64,000 bases of DNA, taken from an uncultured delta proteobacterium (GTDB taxonomy: Bacteria > Desulfobacterota > Binatia > DP-6). The stretch lies in NCBI GenBank assembly GCA_963815115.1, contig CAWFFN010000012.1:160001-224000 (forward strand), read 5' to 3'. The notes beneath the pieces were generated by a model, which saw only the letters and a list, made by a program, of their open reading frames with translations, searched no databases and was not told the DNA's origin. Positions 57,379 through 64,000 of the stretch are shown here, one piece after another (positions within the stretch are counted from its first letter, which is position 1; the number at the start of each line of letters is the position of its first letter). The position numbers were made by a program, and so were the translations under genes.

Positions 57379-58200
57379 GTGCCGATACACGCCACGGCCG
57401 TCATCGACCCGCGCGCCGAGATCGACCCCACGGCGGACATCGGTCCCCACGTCGTGGTCGACGGTCCGGTGCGGGTCGGCGCGCGCACGCGCGTCATGGC
57501 CCACGCGTTCCTCACCGGCGACACCGCGCTCGGAGCCGACAACGTGATCCATCCGGGCGCCGTCCTGGGGCACGAGCCGCAGGACCTGGCGTACAGGAAC
57601 GCGCCGACCGGGCTCCGCATCGGCGACCGCAACGTGGTGCGCGAGCACGCCGAGATCCATCGGGCCACGCAGGAAGGCACGCTGACCGTCGTGGGCTGCG
57701 ACAACTACCTCATGTCGCACGCCCACATCGCCCACAACTGCCGGGTGGGCGACCGCACGATCATCTGCAGCGGAGCCCTGGTGGCGGGGCACGTCGAGGT
57801 GCACGACCAGGCCTTCGTGTCCGGCAACTGCGTGGTCCACCAGCACGTCCGCATCGGCCGGCTCGCCATCCTGCGCGGGCTCTCACGCACCAGCCGCGAC
57901 GTCCCGCCCTTCAGCATCATGGACGGCACGCACACGGTGCGGGGTCTGAACCGGGTCGGGCTGCGGCGCAGCGGGTTCGATCCCGAGCGCATCCGGGCCC
58001 TGCTGAGGGCGTTTCGCATCCTGTTCCGCACCCGCCTGAACCTGCGAGAGGCCGTCGAGCGCGTCGAGACCGAGGTGCGGTCGCCCGACGTCGACGAGCT
58101 GCTCGCGTTCATCAAGGCGGCGAGGAGAGGGGTCGCCATGGGACCGCGCCACGACGGCCAGGCTGACGACCAGGAGGGCGAGCCCATCGTCGAGGAATGA
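57379..58200 (+). CDS. lpxA: Acyl-ACP--UDP-GlcNAc O-acyltransferase
   Basis: IHATAVID, hexapeptide repeats, PQDL, IHRAT, HIAHNC, VHQHVRIG and GLNRVGLRR motifs. Confidence 0.9.
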   Translation: MPIHATAVIDPRAEIDPTADIGPHVVVDGPVRVGARTRVMAHAFLTGDTALGADNVIHPGAVLGHEPQDLAYRNAPTGLRIGDRNVVREHAEIHRATQEGTLTVVGCDNYLMSHAHIAHNCRVGDRTIICSGALVAGHVEVHDQAFVSGNCVVHQHVRIGRLAILRGLSRTSRDVPPFSIMDGTHTVRGLNRVGLRRSGFDPERIRALLRAFRILFRTRLNLREAVERVETEVRSPDVDELLAFIKAARRGVAMGPRHDGQADDQEGEPIVEE

Positions 58201-58285
58201 AGCGGCGCGGCAACGCCGATACGAATCCGACCGCCGTCGTCAAGCGTAGCGTGAATGGCCAGCGCTCGTACGACTGTCGGCCACC

Positions 58286-58314
58286 TTGCAAGGCACGGGG
58301 ACCCCGACTAGGGT
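58286..58314 (+). promoter_or_regulatory. Putative sigma70 promoter of the ccm operon
   Basis: TTGCAA-N17-TAGGGT. Confidence 0.4.
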
Positions 58315-58335
58315 TCCAACCGAGCCCAGCCCGCG

Positions 58336-58752
58336 ATGCTCAACCAGCGCCGCTTCATCATAGGTGCCGCGGTCATCGCCGCGGCGGTCGCGTATCTCGT
58401 GTACGCGGGCATCCGGAGCACCTCGACCTACTACTTCGAGATGGACGAGTTTGCCGCGCACAAGGCGGCGCACGACGGCGAGGACCTGCGCGTGAAGGGC
58501 TGGGTGCGCGCCGGCACGATGCGATGGGATCCGCACACCAACGCGCTGGCCTTCGATCTCTCCCGCCAGGACGGGAGCGAGCCGGTCGCGGTGGCGTATC
58601 GCGGCATCCTGCCCGACATGTTCGCCGAGGGTCGCGAGGTGGTCGTCGAGGGGCACTACGGACAGGGGACGTTGACGGCGAAGCAGATCATGACGAGCTG
58701 CCCGTCCAAGTACGAGCCGAAGCCGGGCGGCGAGCCGGGCGCCGGGGTCTGA
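58336..58752 (+). CDS. ccmE: Heme chaperone CcmE (CxxxY variant)
   Basis: N-terminal TM helix, YRGILPDMFAEGREVVVEG, CPSKY. Confidence 0.93.
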   Translation: MLNQRRFIIGAAVIAAAVAYLVYAGIRSTSTYYFEMDEFAAHKAAHDGEDLRVKGWVRAGTMRWDPHTNALAFDLSRQDGSEPVAVAYRGILPDMFAEGREVVVEGHYGQGTLTAKQIMTSCPSKYEPKPGGEPGAGV

Positions 58753-58758
58753 CGGAGG

Positions 58759-60747
58759 ATGCCCGAGCTCGGCCGCCTCGCCGTCTGCCTCGCGCTGCTG
58801 TGCGCACTGGTCTCGATCGCGGTCTCCGTGCGCGGCGCGCTCACCCGGCGACGCGACCTCGTGCGCGCCGGCGAGCAGGCCGCCTACGCCGTCTTCGGGC
58901 TGGTCGTGCTGGCCGTGGTGATCCTGCTGCGGGCGCTGCTCACGCACGACTTCTCGCTCGAGTACGTGGCGGCGTACTCGTCGAGCACGCTGCCGACCAA
59001 CTACGTGTTCGCAGCGCTGTGGGGAGGCCAGAAGGGGTCGCTGCTCTTCTGGACCTTCATGCTGTCGCTCTTCACCACCATCGTGCAGCTGCAGAACCGC
59101 GAGCGAAACCGCGAGCTGATGCCCTGGGTCACCGCCACCATGATGACCGTGGCGGTGTTCTTTCTCGGGCTCGTCACGTTCATCACCGATCCCTTCGAGC
59201 GCCTGCCCACGCCTGCGTTCGAGGGCGCAGACCTGAACCCCCTGCTCCAGAACTACTGGATGATGATTCACCCGCCGTCGCTCTACACGGGCTACGTGAG
59301 CGCGTCGGTGCCCTTCGCCTTCGCGATCGCGGCGCTCGCCACGGGGCGCCTCGGCGACCAGTGGATCCGCAGCACGCGCCGCTGGGCGCTCTTCTCGTGG
59401 TTCTTTTTGAGCCTGGGCAACCTGTTCGGCGCCATGTGGGCCTACGAGGTGCTCGGCTGGGGCGGATACTGGGCCTGGGATCCGGTCGAGAACGCCGCCT
59501 TCATGCCGTGGCTGGTGTCGACCGCCTATCTCCACTCGGTGATGATCCAGGAGAAGAAGGACATGCTCCGGGTGTGGAACATGATCCTCGTGCTCCTCAC
59601 GTTCTCGCTCACCATCTTCGGGACCTTCCTCACCCGCAGCGGCGTCATCTCGTCCGTGCACTCCTTCACGCAGTCGGGCCTGGGACCGTTCTTCATCGGC
59701 TTCCTGCTGCTGGTCCTGCTGACGGCCGGCGGTCTCGTGGCCTACCGCCTGCCGGAGCTGCGCACGGCGGGCACCATCGAGTCGTTCTTCTCGCGAGAAG
59801 CGGCCTTCCTGTTCAACAACCTGCTCCTCGTCGGCATCGCCTTCTCGGTCTTCTGGGGGACGGTCTTTCCCGTGCTCTCGGAGTGGGTGCGGGGCGTGAA
59901 GATCACCGTGGGGCCGCCGTTCTTCAACCGCGTGAACGCGCCGCTCGGCCTCGCCCTCCTCGTCTTGATGGGCATCGGCCCGGTGATCGCCTGGCGGCGT
60001 GCCACGCCGCGCAACCTCTGGCGCGCCTTTGCCTTTCCGGTGGGCTCGGCGCTGGTCGCCGGCGCCGTGCTGCTCGTCGGCGGCATCCCGTTCGGCGGCG
60101 CGTGGCTCGCGTTCACCGCCGGCGTCTTCGCCCTCGGCACCATCGTGCAGGAGTTCTGGCGCGGTGTGCGCGCCCGGCAGGCGATGCTGCACGAGAGCGC
60201 GCCCCGCGCCCTCGGCCGCCTGGTGGGAAAGAACCGCCGGCGCTACGGGGGCTACGTCATCCACGTCGGCATCGTGAGCATCTTCGTCGGCATCGCGGCC
60301 TCGAGCGTGTTCCGGGTCGAGGCGCAGCAGACGATGAAGGCGGGCGACGAGATGCAGGTCGGCCGCTACACGCTGCGCTACGACCGCATCGACACGCAGG
60401 AGAACGGACACGTCGTGCGCACCGCGGCGGTCCTGCCGGTCTTCGTCGGCGGCCGGCAGATCGACACGCTCATGCCGGAGAAGCGCTTCTACAAGAAGCC
60501 GAAGCAGCCCACCACGGAGGTCGCGAACCGTTCCACGCTACGCGAGGACCTCTACGTGGTGCTCGGCTCCTACGACCCCCAGACGCAGCTCGTCACCATC
60601 CAGGCCTACGTCAACCCGCTGGTGGTGTGGATCTGGCTCGGCGGCCTCATCCTGGCGCTCGGCACCGCCGTGGCGGTGTGGCCGACCGCGGCCGAGCGCG
60701 AGGTGCGGGTGGTCGCGCCCGGCGGGGCACGGGTCGCCGCCGAGTGA
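58759..60747 (+). CDS. ccmF: Cytochrome c heme lyase CcmF
   Basis: LNPLLQ..WMMIHPP, WAYEVLGWGGYWAWDPVEN and TRSGVISSVHSF motifs. Confidence 0.96.
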   Translation: MPELGRLAVCLALLCALVSIAVSVRGALTRRRDLVRAGEQAAYAVFGLVVLAVVILLRALLTHDFSLEYVAAYSSSTLPTNYVFAALWGGQKGSLLFWTFMLSLFTTIVQLQNRERNRELMPWVTATMMTVAVFFLGLVTFITDPFERLPTPAFEGADLNPLLQNYWMMIHPPSLYTGYVSASVPFAFAIAALATGRLGDQWIRSTRRWALFSWFFLSLGNLFGAMWAYEVLGWGGYWAWDPVENAAFMPWLVSTAYLHSVMIQEKKDMLRVWNMILVLLTFSLTIFGTFLTRSGVISSVHSFTQSGLGPFFIGFLLLVLLTAGGLVAYRLPELRTAGTIESFFSREAAFLFNNLLLVGIAFSVFWGTVFPVLSEWVRGVKITVGPPFFNRVNAPLGLALLVLMGIGPVIAWRRATPRNLWRAFAFPVGSALVAGAVLLVGGIPFGGAWLAFTAGVFALGTIVQEFWRGVRARQAMLHESAPRALGRLVGKNRRRYGGYVIHVGIVSIFVGIAASSVFRVEAQQTMKAGDEMQVGRYTLRYDRIDTQENGHVVRTAAVLPVFVGGRQIDTLMPEKRFYKKPKQPTTEVANRSTLREDLYVVLGSYDPQTQLVTIQAYVNPLVVWIWLGGLILALGTAVAVWPTAAEREVRVVAPGGARVAAE

Positions 60748-61220
60748 GGGTCCCGCGGGCAGCGGCGCCGCTGCTGCTGGCGCTGCTGGTGGCCGCGGCG
60801 CCGGCCGCCGCCGCACCGTCGCAGCAGGAGGTCGAGGAAGCGCTCACCTGCCAGTGCGGGTGCGGGCTCACCGTCCACGCCTGCAATCACCTCAACTGCG
60901 GCTCCGGCGAGCCCATGAAGAAGGAGATCGCCGAGCGTCTCGGCCGCGGCGAGGGCAAGGATCAGATCCTCGCGGCCTTCACCGCGCGCTACGGCGAGAA
61001 GGTCCTGTCCGCTCCGACGTTCCGCGGCTTCAACTGGCTCGCCTGGCTGACGCCGTTCGCGGCGGTGCTGGCGGCGGGCGCCGGGCTGGTCGTCGCCATC
61101 CGGCGCCGCCTGCAGGCGACGGCCGCGCTGGAGGCGCCGCCCCCCGCCGCGCCGACCGGCGAGACGACGGCGCTCCGGGCCCGTCTCGAGCGCGAGCTCG
61201 AACAGCTCGACCGGGAGTAG
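60744..61220 (+). CDS. ccmH: CcmH-like protein (CxCGC variant)
   Basis: Signal peptide, LTCQCGC....HACNHLNC, FTARYGEKVL..P...GFNWLAW. Confidence 0.85.
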   Translation: MRVPRAAAPLLLALLVAAAPAAAAPSQQEVEEALTCQCGCGLTVHACNHLNCGSGEPMKKEIAERLGRGEGKDQILAAFTARYGEKVLSAPTFRGFNWLAWLTPFAAVLAAGAGLVVAIRRRLQATAALEAPPPAAPTGETTALRARLERELEQLDRE

Positions 61221-61229
61221 CGGCGGGCG

Positions 61230-61526
61230 ATGGCCCCGGTCACCATCGCAATCTACGTCCTGGGCGCGGTGCTCGTCCTCCTGGTGTCGTTCTTCGTAGC
61301 GTCACCGCTCTTCCGCCCGCAGGAACCGCTCGGGGCGGATGCGGATCCGGGGACACGCGAGCGCTGGGAGCGGCAAAAGCGGCAGGCGCTGGCGGCGATC
61401 AAGGAGATCGAGCTCGACCACGAGATGGGCAAGGTATCCGACGAGGACCTGGCGACGATGCGCGGCCGCTTCGAGGCCCAGGCGCTCGAGGCCATGGCGG
61501 CCCTGGAGCGGGAGGGAAGCAGGTGA
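61230..61526 (+). CDS. Short CcmI-N-like membrane protein
   Basis: N-terminal TM helix, IKEIELDHEMGKVSDED resembling the CcmI N-terminus; position in ccm operon. Confidence 0.65.
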   Translation: MAPVTIAIYVLGAVLVLLVSFFVASPLFRPQEPLGADADPGTRERWERQKRQALAAIKEIELDHEMGKVSDEDLATMRGRFEAQALEAMAALEREGSR

Positions 61527-61843
61527 TCACGATCGAGCAGTTTCGCGAGCTGGAGCTCAAGGTGGCGACGGTGAAGTCCGCCGAGCCGCACCCCAATGCC
61601 GACCGCCTGGTGGTGCTGCGAGTCGACCTCGGCGGCGAGGAGCGCCAGCTCGTCGCCGGCATCCGTGCTCACTACGCGCCCGAGGCGCTGGTCGGCCGCC
61701 AGATCGTGGTGGTGGCGAACCTGGCGCCGGCGACCCTGCGCGGAGTCGAGAGCCAGGGCATGCTGCTGGCGGCGTCCAGCGGCGATCGGGTGGTGCTGCT
61801 ACGACCCGACGAGCCCGTCACGCCCGGGTCGGTCGTGCGCTAG
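61523..61843 (+). CDS. Stand-alone tRNA-binding OB-fold (Trbp111/CsaA/MetG-C-terminal-like)
   Basis: HPNADRL, QLVAGI, VVVANL.P..LRGVESQGMLL motifs; GTGA overlap. Confidence 0.9.
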   Translation: MITIEQFRELELKVATVKSAEPHPNADRLVVLRVDLGGEERQLVAGIRAHYAPEALVGRQIVVVANLAPATLRGVESQGMLLAASSGDRVVLLRPDEPVTPGSVVR

Positions 61844-61895
61844 TGCCGGCCGTCGGAGCCAGCGGGGCGAACGGGTCGATCGAGGTCGTGCGGGC

Positions 61896-62609
61896 TTGAG
61901 CGCGCCCGCGATCCTCGCTCGGGGCCTGAAGCGCGACTTCGGGGGCGTCGCCGTGCTCGCCGGCGTCGATCTCACGGTCGAGGCCGGCGAGCTCCTCGTG
62001 CTTCTCGGTCCCAACGGTGCGGGCAAGACGACGCTGCTGCGCGTGCTGGCGACCTTGCTGCGTCCGAGCGGGGGGACCTTGCGCCTCTTCGGTGAGGACG
62101 CCAGCCTGCGCCCGCCGGCCGCGCGCCGCCGCCTCGGCCACGTCGGGCACGAGAGCGCCTGCTATCCCGATCTGACCGGGCGCGAGAACCTCGAGTTCTA
62201 CGCCGAGCTGTACGACGTCCCGGATGCGGCGGATCGCATCGCGGAGCTGCTGCGCTGGACGGGGCTCGAGGCGGCAGCGCGGCGGCCGGTGCGCGTCTAC
62301 TCGCGGGGCATGGTGCAGCGACTCGCGCTGGCGCGGGCGCTGCTGCACGGTCCCGAGCTCCTGCTCCTGGACGAGCCCTTCAGCGGCCTCGACCCCGCGG
62401 CGGTATTGCGGCTCCAGACGCTGCTCGCGGAGCTGTGCCGGGCGGGGCACGCCATCGTGCTGAGCACGCACGACGTGGAGCGCGTCGCGGCGGTCGCGAC
62501 CCGCGTCGCGATCCTGCATCGCGGGCGCATCGCCTGGACCCGCCAGGGTGCCGCCGACGCGGTCGTCCTCGCGGCGTCCTACGAGGCAGTCGTGATGGGA
62601 CGAGCGTGA
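61896..62609 (+). CDS. ccmA: Heme exporter ATP-binding protein CcmA (TTG start approximate)
   Basis: GPNGAGKT, YSRGM and LLDEPFSGLD motifs; upstream of ccmB. Confidence 0.88.
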   Translation: MSAPAILARGLKRDFGGVAVLAGVDLTVEAGELLVLLGPNGAGKTTLLRVLATLLRPSGGTLRLFGEDASLRPPAARRRLGHVGHESACYPDLTGRENLEFYAELYDVPDAADRIAELLRWTGLEAAARRPVRVYSRGMVQRLALARALLHGPELLLLDEPFSGLDPAAVLRLQTLLAELCRAGHAIVLSTHDVERVAAVATRVAILHRGRIAWTRQGAADAVVLAASYEAVVMGRA

Positions 62610-63277
62610 TGTGGCGCGGCGTCCTCACCGTCGTCCGGAAGGACCTCCGCATCGAGTGGCGCACCAAGGAGAGCCTCGCGGGCTTCGTCGTGCTCGGGGT
62701 GCTGCTGGTGGTGATCTTCAGCGTCGCCCTCGATCCGGCACCCGAGGATGCACCGCGCCTCGCCCCGAGCGTGCTGTGGGCGGCGTTCGTGTTCACCGGG
62801 CTGCTCGGCATCCAGCGCGGCTTCGTCCTCGAGCGAGAGAACGACTGTCTCGGTGGCGTGCTCGCGTCGCCGATCGATCCCGCGACTCTGTATCTCGGGA
62901 AGCTCGCCACCAACGTCGTCCTGCTCGCCGTCATGCAGGCGCTGGTGGTGCCGCTGGTCGGCGTCCTGCTGCACGCGCAGCTCGGCGCCGTGCTGCCGGC
63001 GCTGGCGCTCGTGCTCTTCCTCGGCAACCTCGGCTTCGCGTCCCTGGCGACGTTGTTCGCAGCGATGACGGTGCGCGCGCGCGCCCGCGAGGTGATGCTG
63101 CCGGTTCTCCTGCTGCCGCTGCTGGTGCCCGTGCTGATCGGCGGCGTGAAGGCCACCGAGGCGGCGTTGCGCGGCGGCTTCGCGGCGGCGGCGGGTCCGC
63201 TCGGCGTGCTGGTGGCCTTCGACGCGATCTTCGTGGTGGCTGGCGTCCTGCTCTTCGAGCAGGTAATCCGGGATTGA
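62609..63277 (+). CDS. ccmB: Heme exporter protein CcmB
   Basis: KDLRIEWR, EREND, YLGK and LPVLLLPLLVP motifs. Confidence 0.9.
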   Translation: MWRGVLTVVRKDLRIEWRTKESLAGFVVLGVLLVVIFSVALDPAPEDAPRLAPSVLWAAFVFTGLLGIQRGFVLERENDCLGGVLASPIDPATLYLGKLATNVVLLAVMQALVVPLVGVLLHAQLGAVLPALALVLFLGNLGFASLATLFAAMTVRARAREVMLPVLLLPLLVPVLIGGVKATEAALRGGFAAAAGPLGVLVAFDAIFVVAGVLLFEQVIRD

Positions 63278-63960
63278 TGCGACTGCTGGACGCGCTGCTC
63301 CCGTGGGCCGCCCTGGTCGTCATGCTCCTCGCCCAGTGGCTCATCTTCCTCGTCGTTCCCACCGAGGCGCAGATGGGGATCGTGCAGCGCATCTTCTACT
63401 TCCACGTTCCCGCGGCCTGGGCGACGTTCCTGTGCTTCTTCATGGTCGCCGGCGCGAGCGCGGTGTACCTGTGGAAGGGATCGCGAGCCGCCGATCGCCT
63501 CGCGCTCGCCTCGGCCGAGGTGGGCGTGCTGTTCTGCACCCTGGTGCTCGTCACCGGCCCGATCTGGGCGCGGCCGATCTGGGGCGTGTGGTGGACCTGG
63601 GATCCGCGGCTCACCATGACGGTCATCCTGTGGGCGATCTACGCGGGCTACCTGATGCTGCGCGCTTTCGGCGGTGCCGACGAGTCCGTCGCCCGCTACG
63701 CCGCCGTTCTCGGCATCGTCGGTGTGCTCGACATTCCGGTGATCCGGCTCTCGGTGCGGCTGCTGCAGGGCATCCACCCCGCCGTGCTGACGACCAAGGA
63801 GGGCGGGTCGGGGCTCACCGACCCGATGATGCGCACGACGCTCTACGTCGCATCGCTGGCCATGCTGCTGCTGGCGGGCTGGCTGGTCGCGCTGCGCGTC
63901 CGCACGGCACGCCTGGAGGCGGAGGTCGCCGGGCTGCGACGGGAGCTCGAGCATGTCTGA
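63277..63960 (+). CDS. ccmC: Heme exporter protein CcmC
   Basis: RIFYFHVPAAW, TGPIWARPIWGVWWTWDPRL and IHP motifs. Confidence 0.95.
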   Translation: MRLLDALLPWAALVVMLLAQWLIFLVVPTEAQMGIVQRIFYFHVPAAWATFLCFFMVAGASAVYLWKGSRAADRLALASAEVGVLFCTLVLVTGPIWARPIWGVWWTWDPRLTMTVILWAIYAGYLMLRAFGGADESVARYAAVLGIVGVLDIPVIRLSVRLLQGIHPAVLTTKEGGSGLTDPMMRTTLYVASLAMLLLAGWLVALRVRTARLEAEVAGLRRELEHV

Positions 63961-64000
63961 CAACCTCGGCTACCTCTTCGCCGCCTACACGGCGGTCTGG
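63953..64000 (+). CDS. ccmD: CcmD, partial (runs off the window)
   Basis: MSDNLGYLFAAYTAVW overlapping the ccmC stop. Confidence 0.75.
   Translation, partial: MSDNLGYLFAAYTAVW

Overview
This is a 64 kb, very GC-rich, gene-dense bacterial chromosomal segment. It is from a diderm (lpxA present). The mix of Cys-rich DUF4215-type secreted proteins, large AAA-TPR regulators, many LLM, thiolase and CoA enzymes and a mau cluster suggests Candidatus Binatia or a related deltaproteobacterium; that assignment is inference. I found no rRNA, tRNA, CRISPR array or transposase. In order, the window holds: a ~97%-identical tandem duplication of a GT-C-like membrane protein gene; a TTQ amine dehydrogenase operon (mauB-E-D-A plus a Met-less monoheme cytochrome c, with no mauG or amicyanin); lipid and CoA catabolic genes, including a hydrolase/thiolase-like/DUF35/degenerate thiolase/TIM-barrel operon; ampG; two tandem STAND-type AAA-TPR regulators; a secreted FG-GAP/poly-Pro/split-PKD/pectate-lyase-like protein; exeA-exeB; a putative sigma54-driven glnB-puuD unit; hemD and hemE-hemH-hemY ending in a GNAT-LLM fusion; yacG-lpxA; and a variant ccm operon (CxxxY CcmE, CxCGC CcmH, an embedded CsaA/Trbp111-like gene) that runs off the end. 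glnB and hemE each carry a single-base frameshift, possibly a sequencing error. The best leads are the MauG-less TTQ system with its unusual cytochrome, a shared upstream motif on two modular Cys-rich secreted proteins, the PKD domain split by a 162-aa insert, and the diversifying duplicated glycosyltransferase. All calls come from motif recognition by eye; no searches were run.
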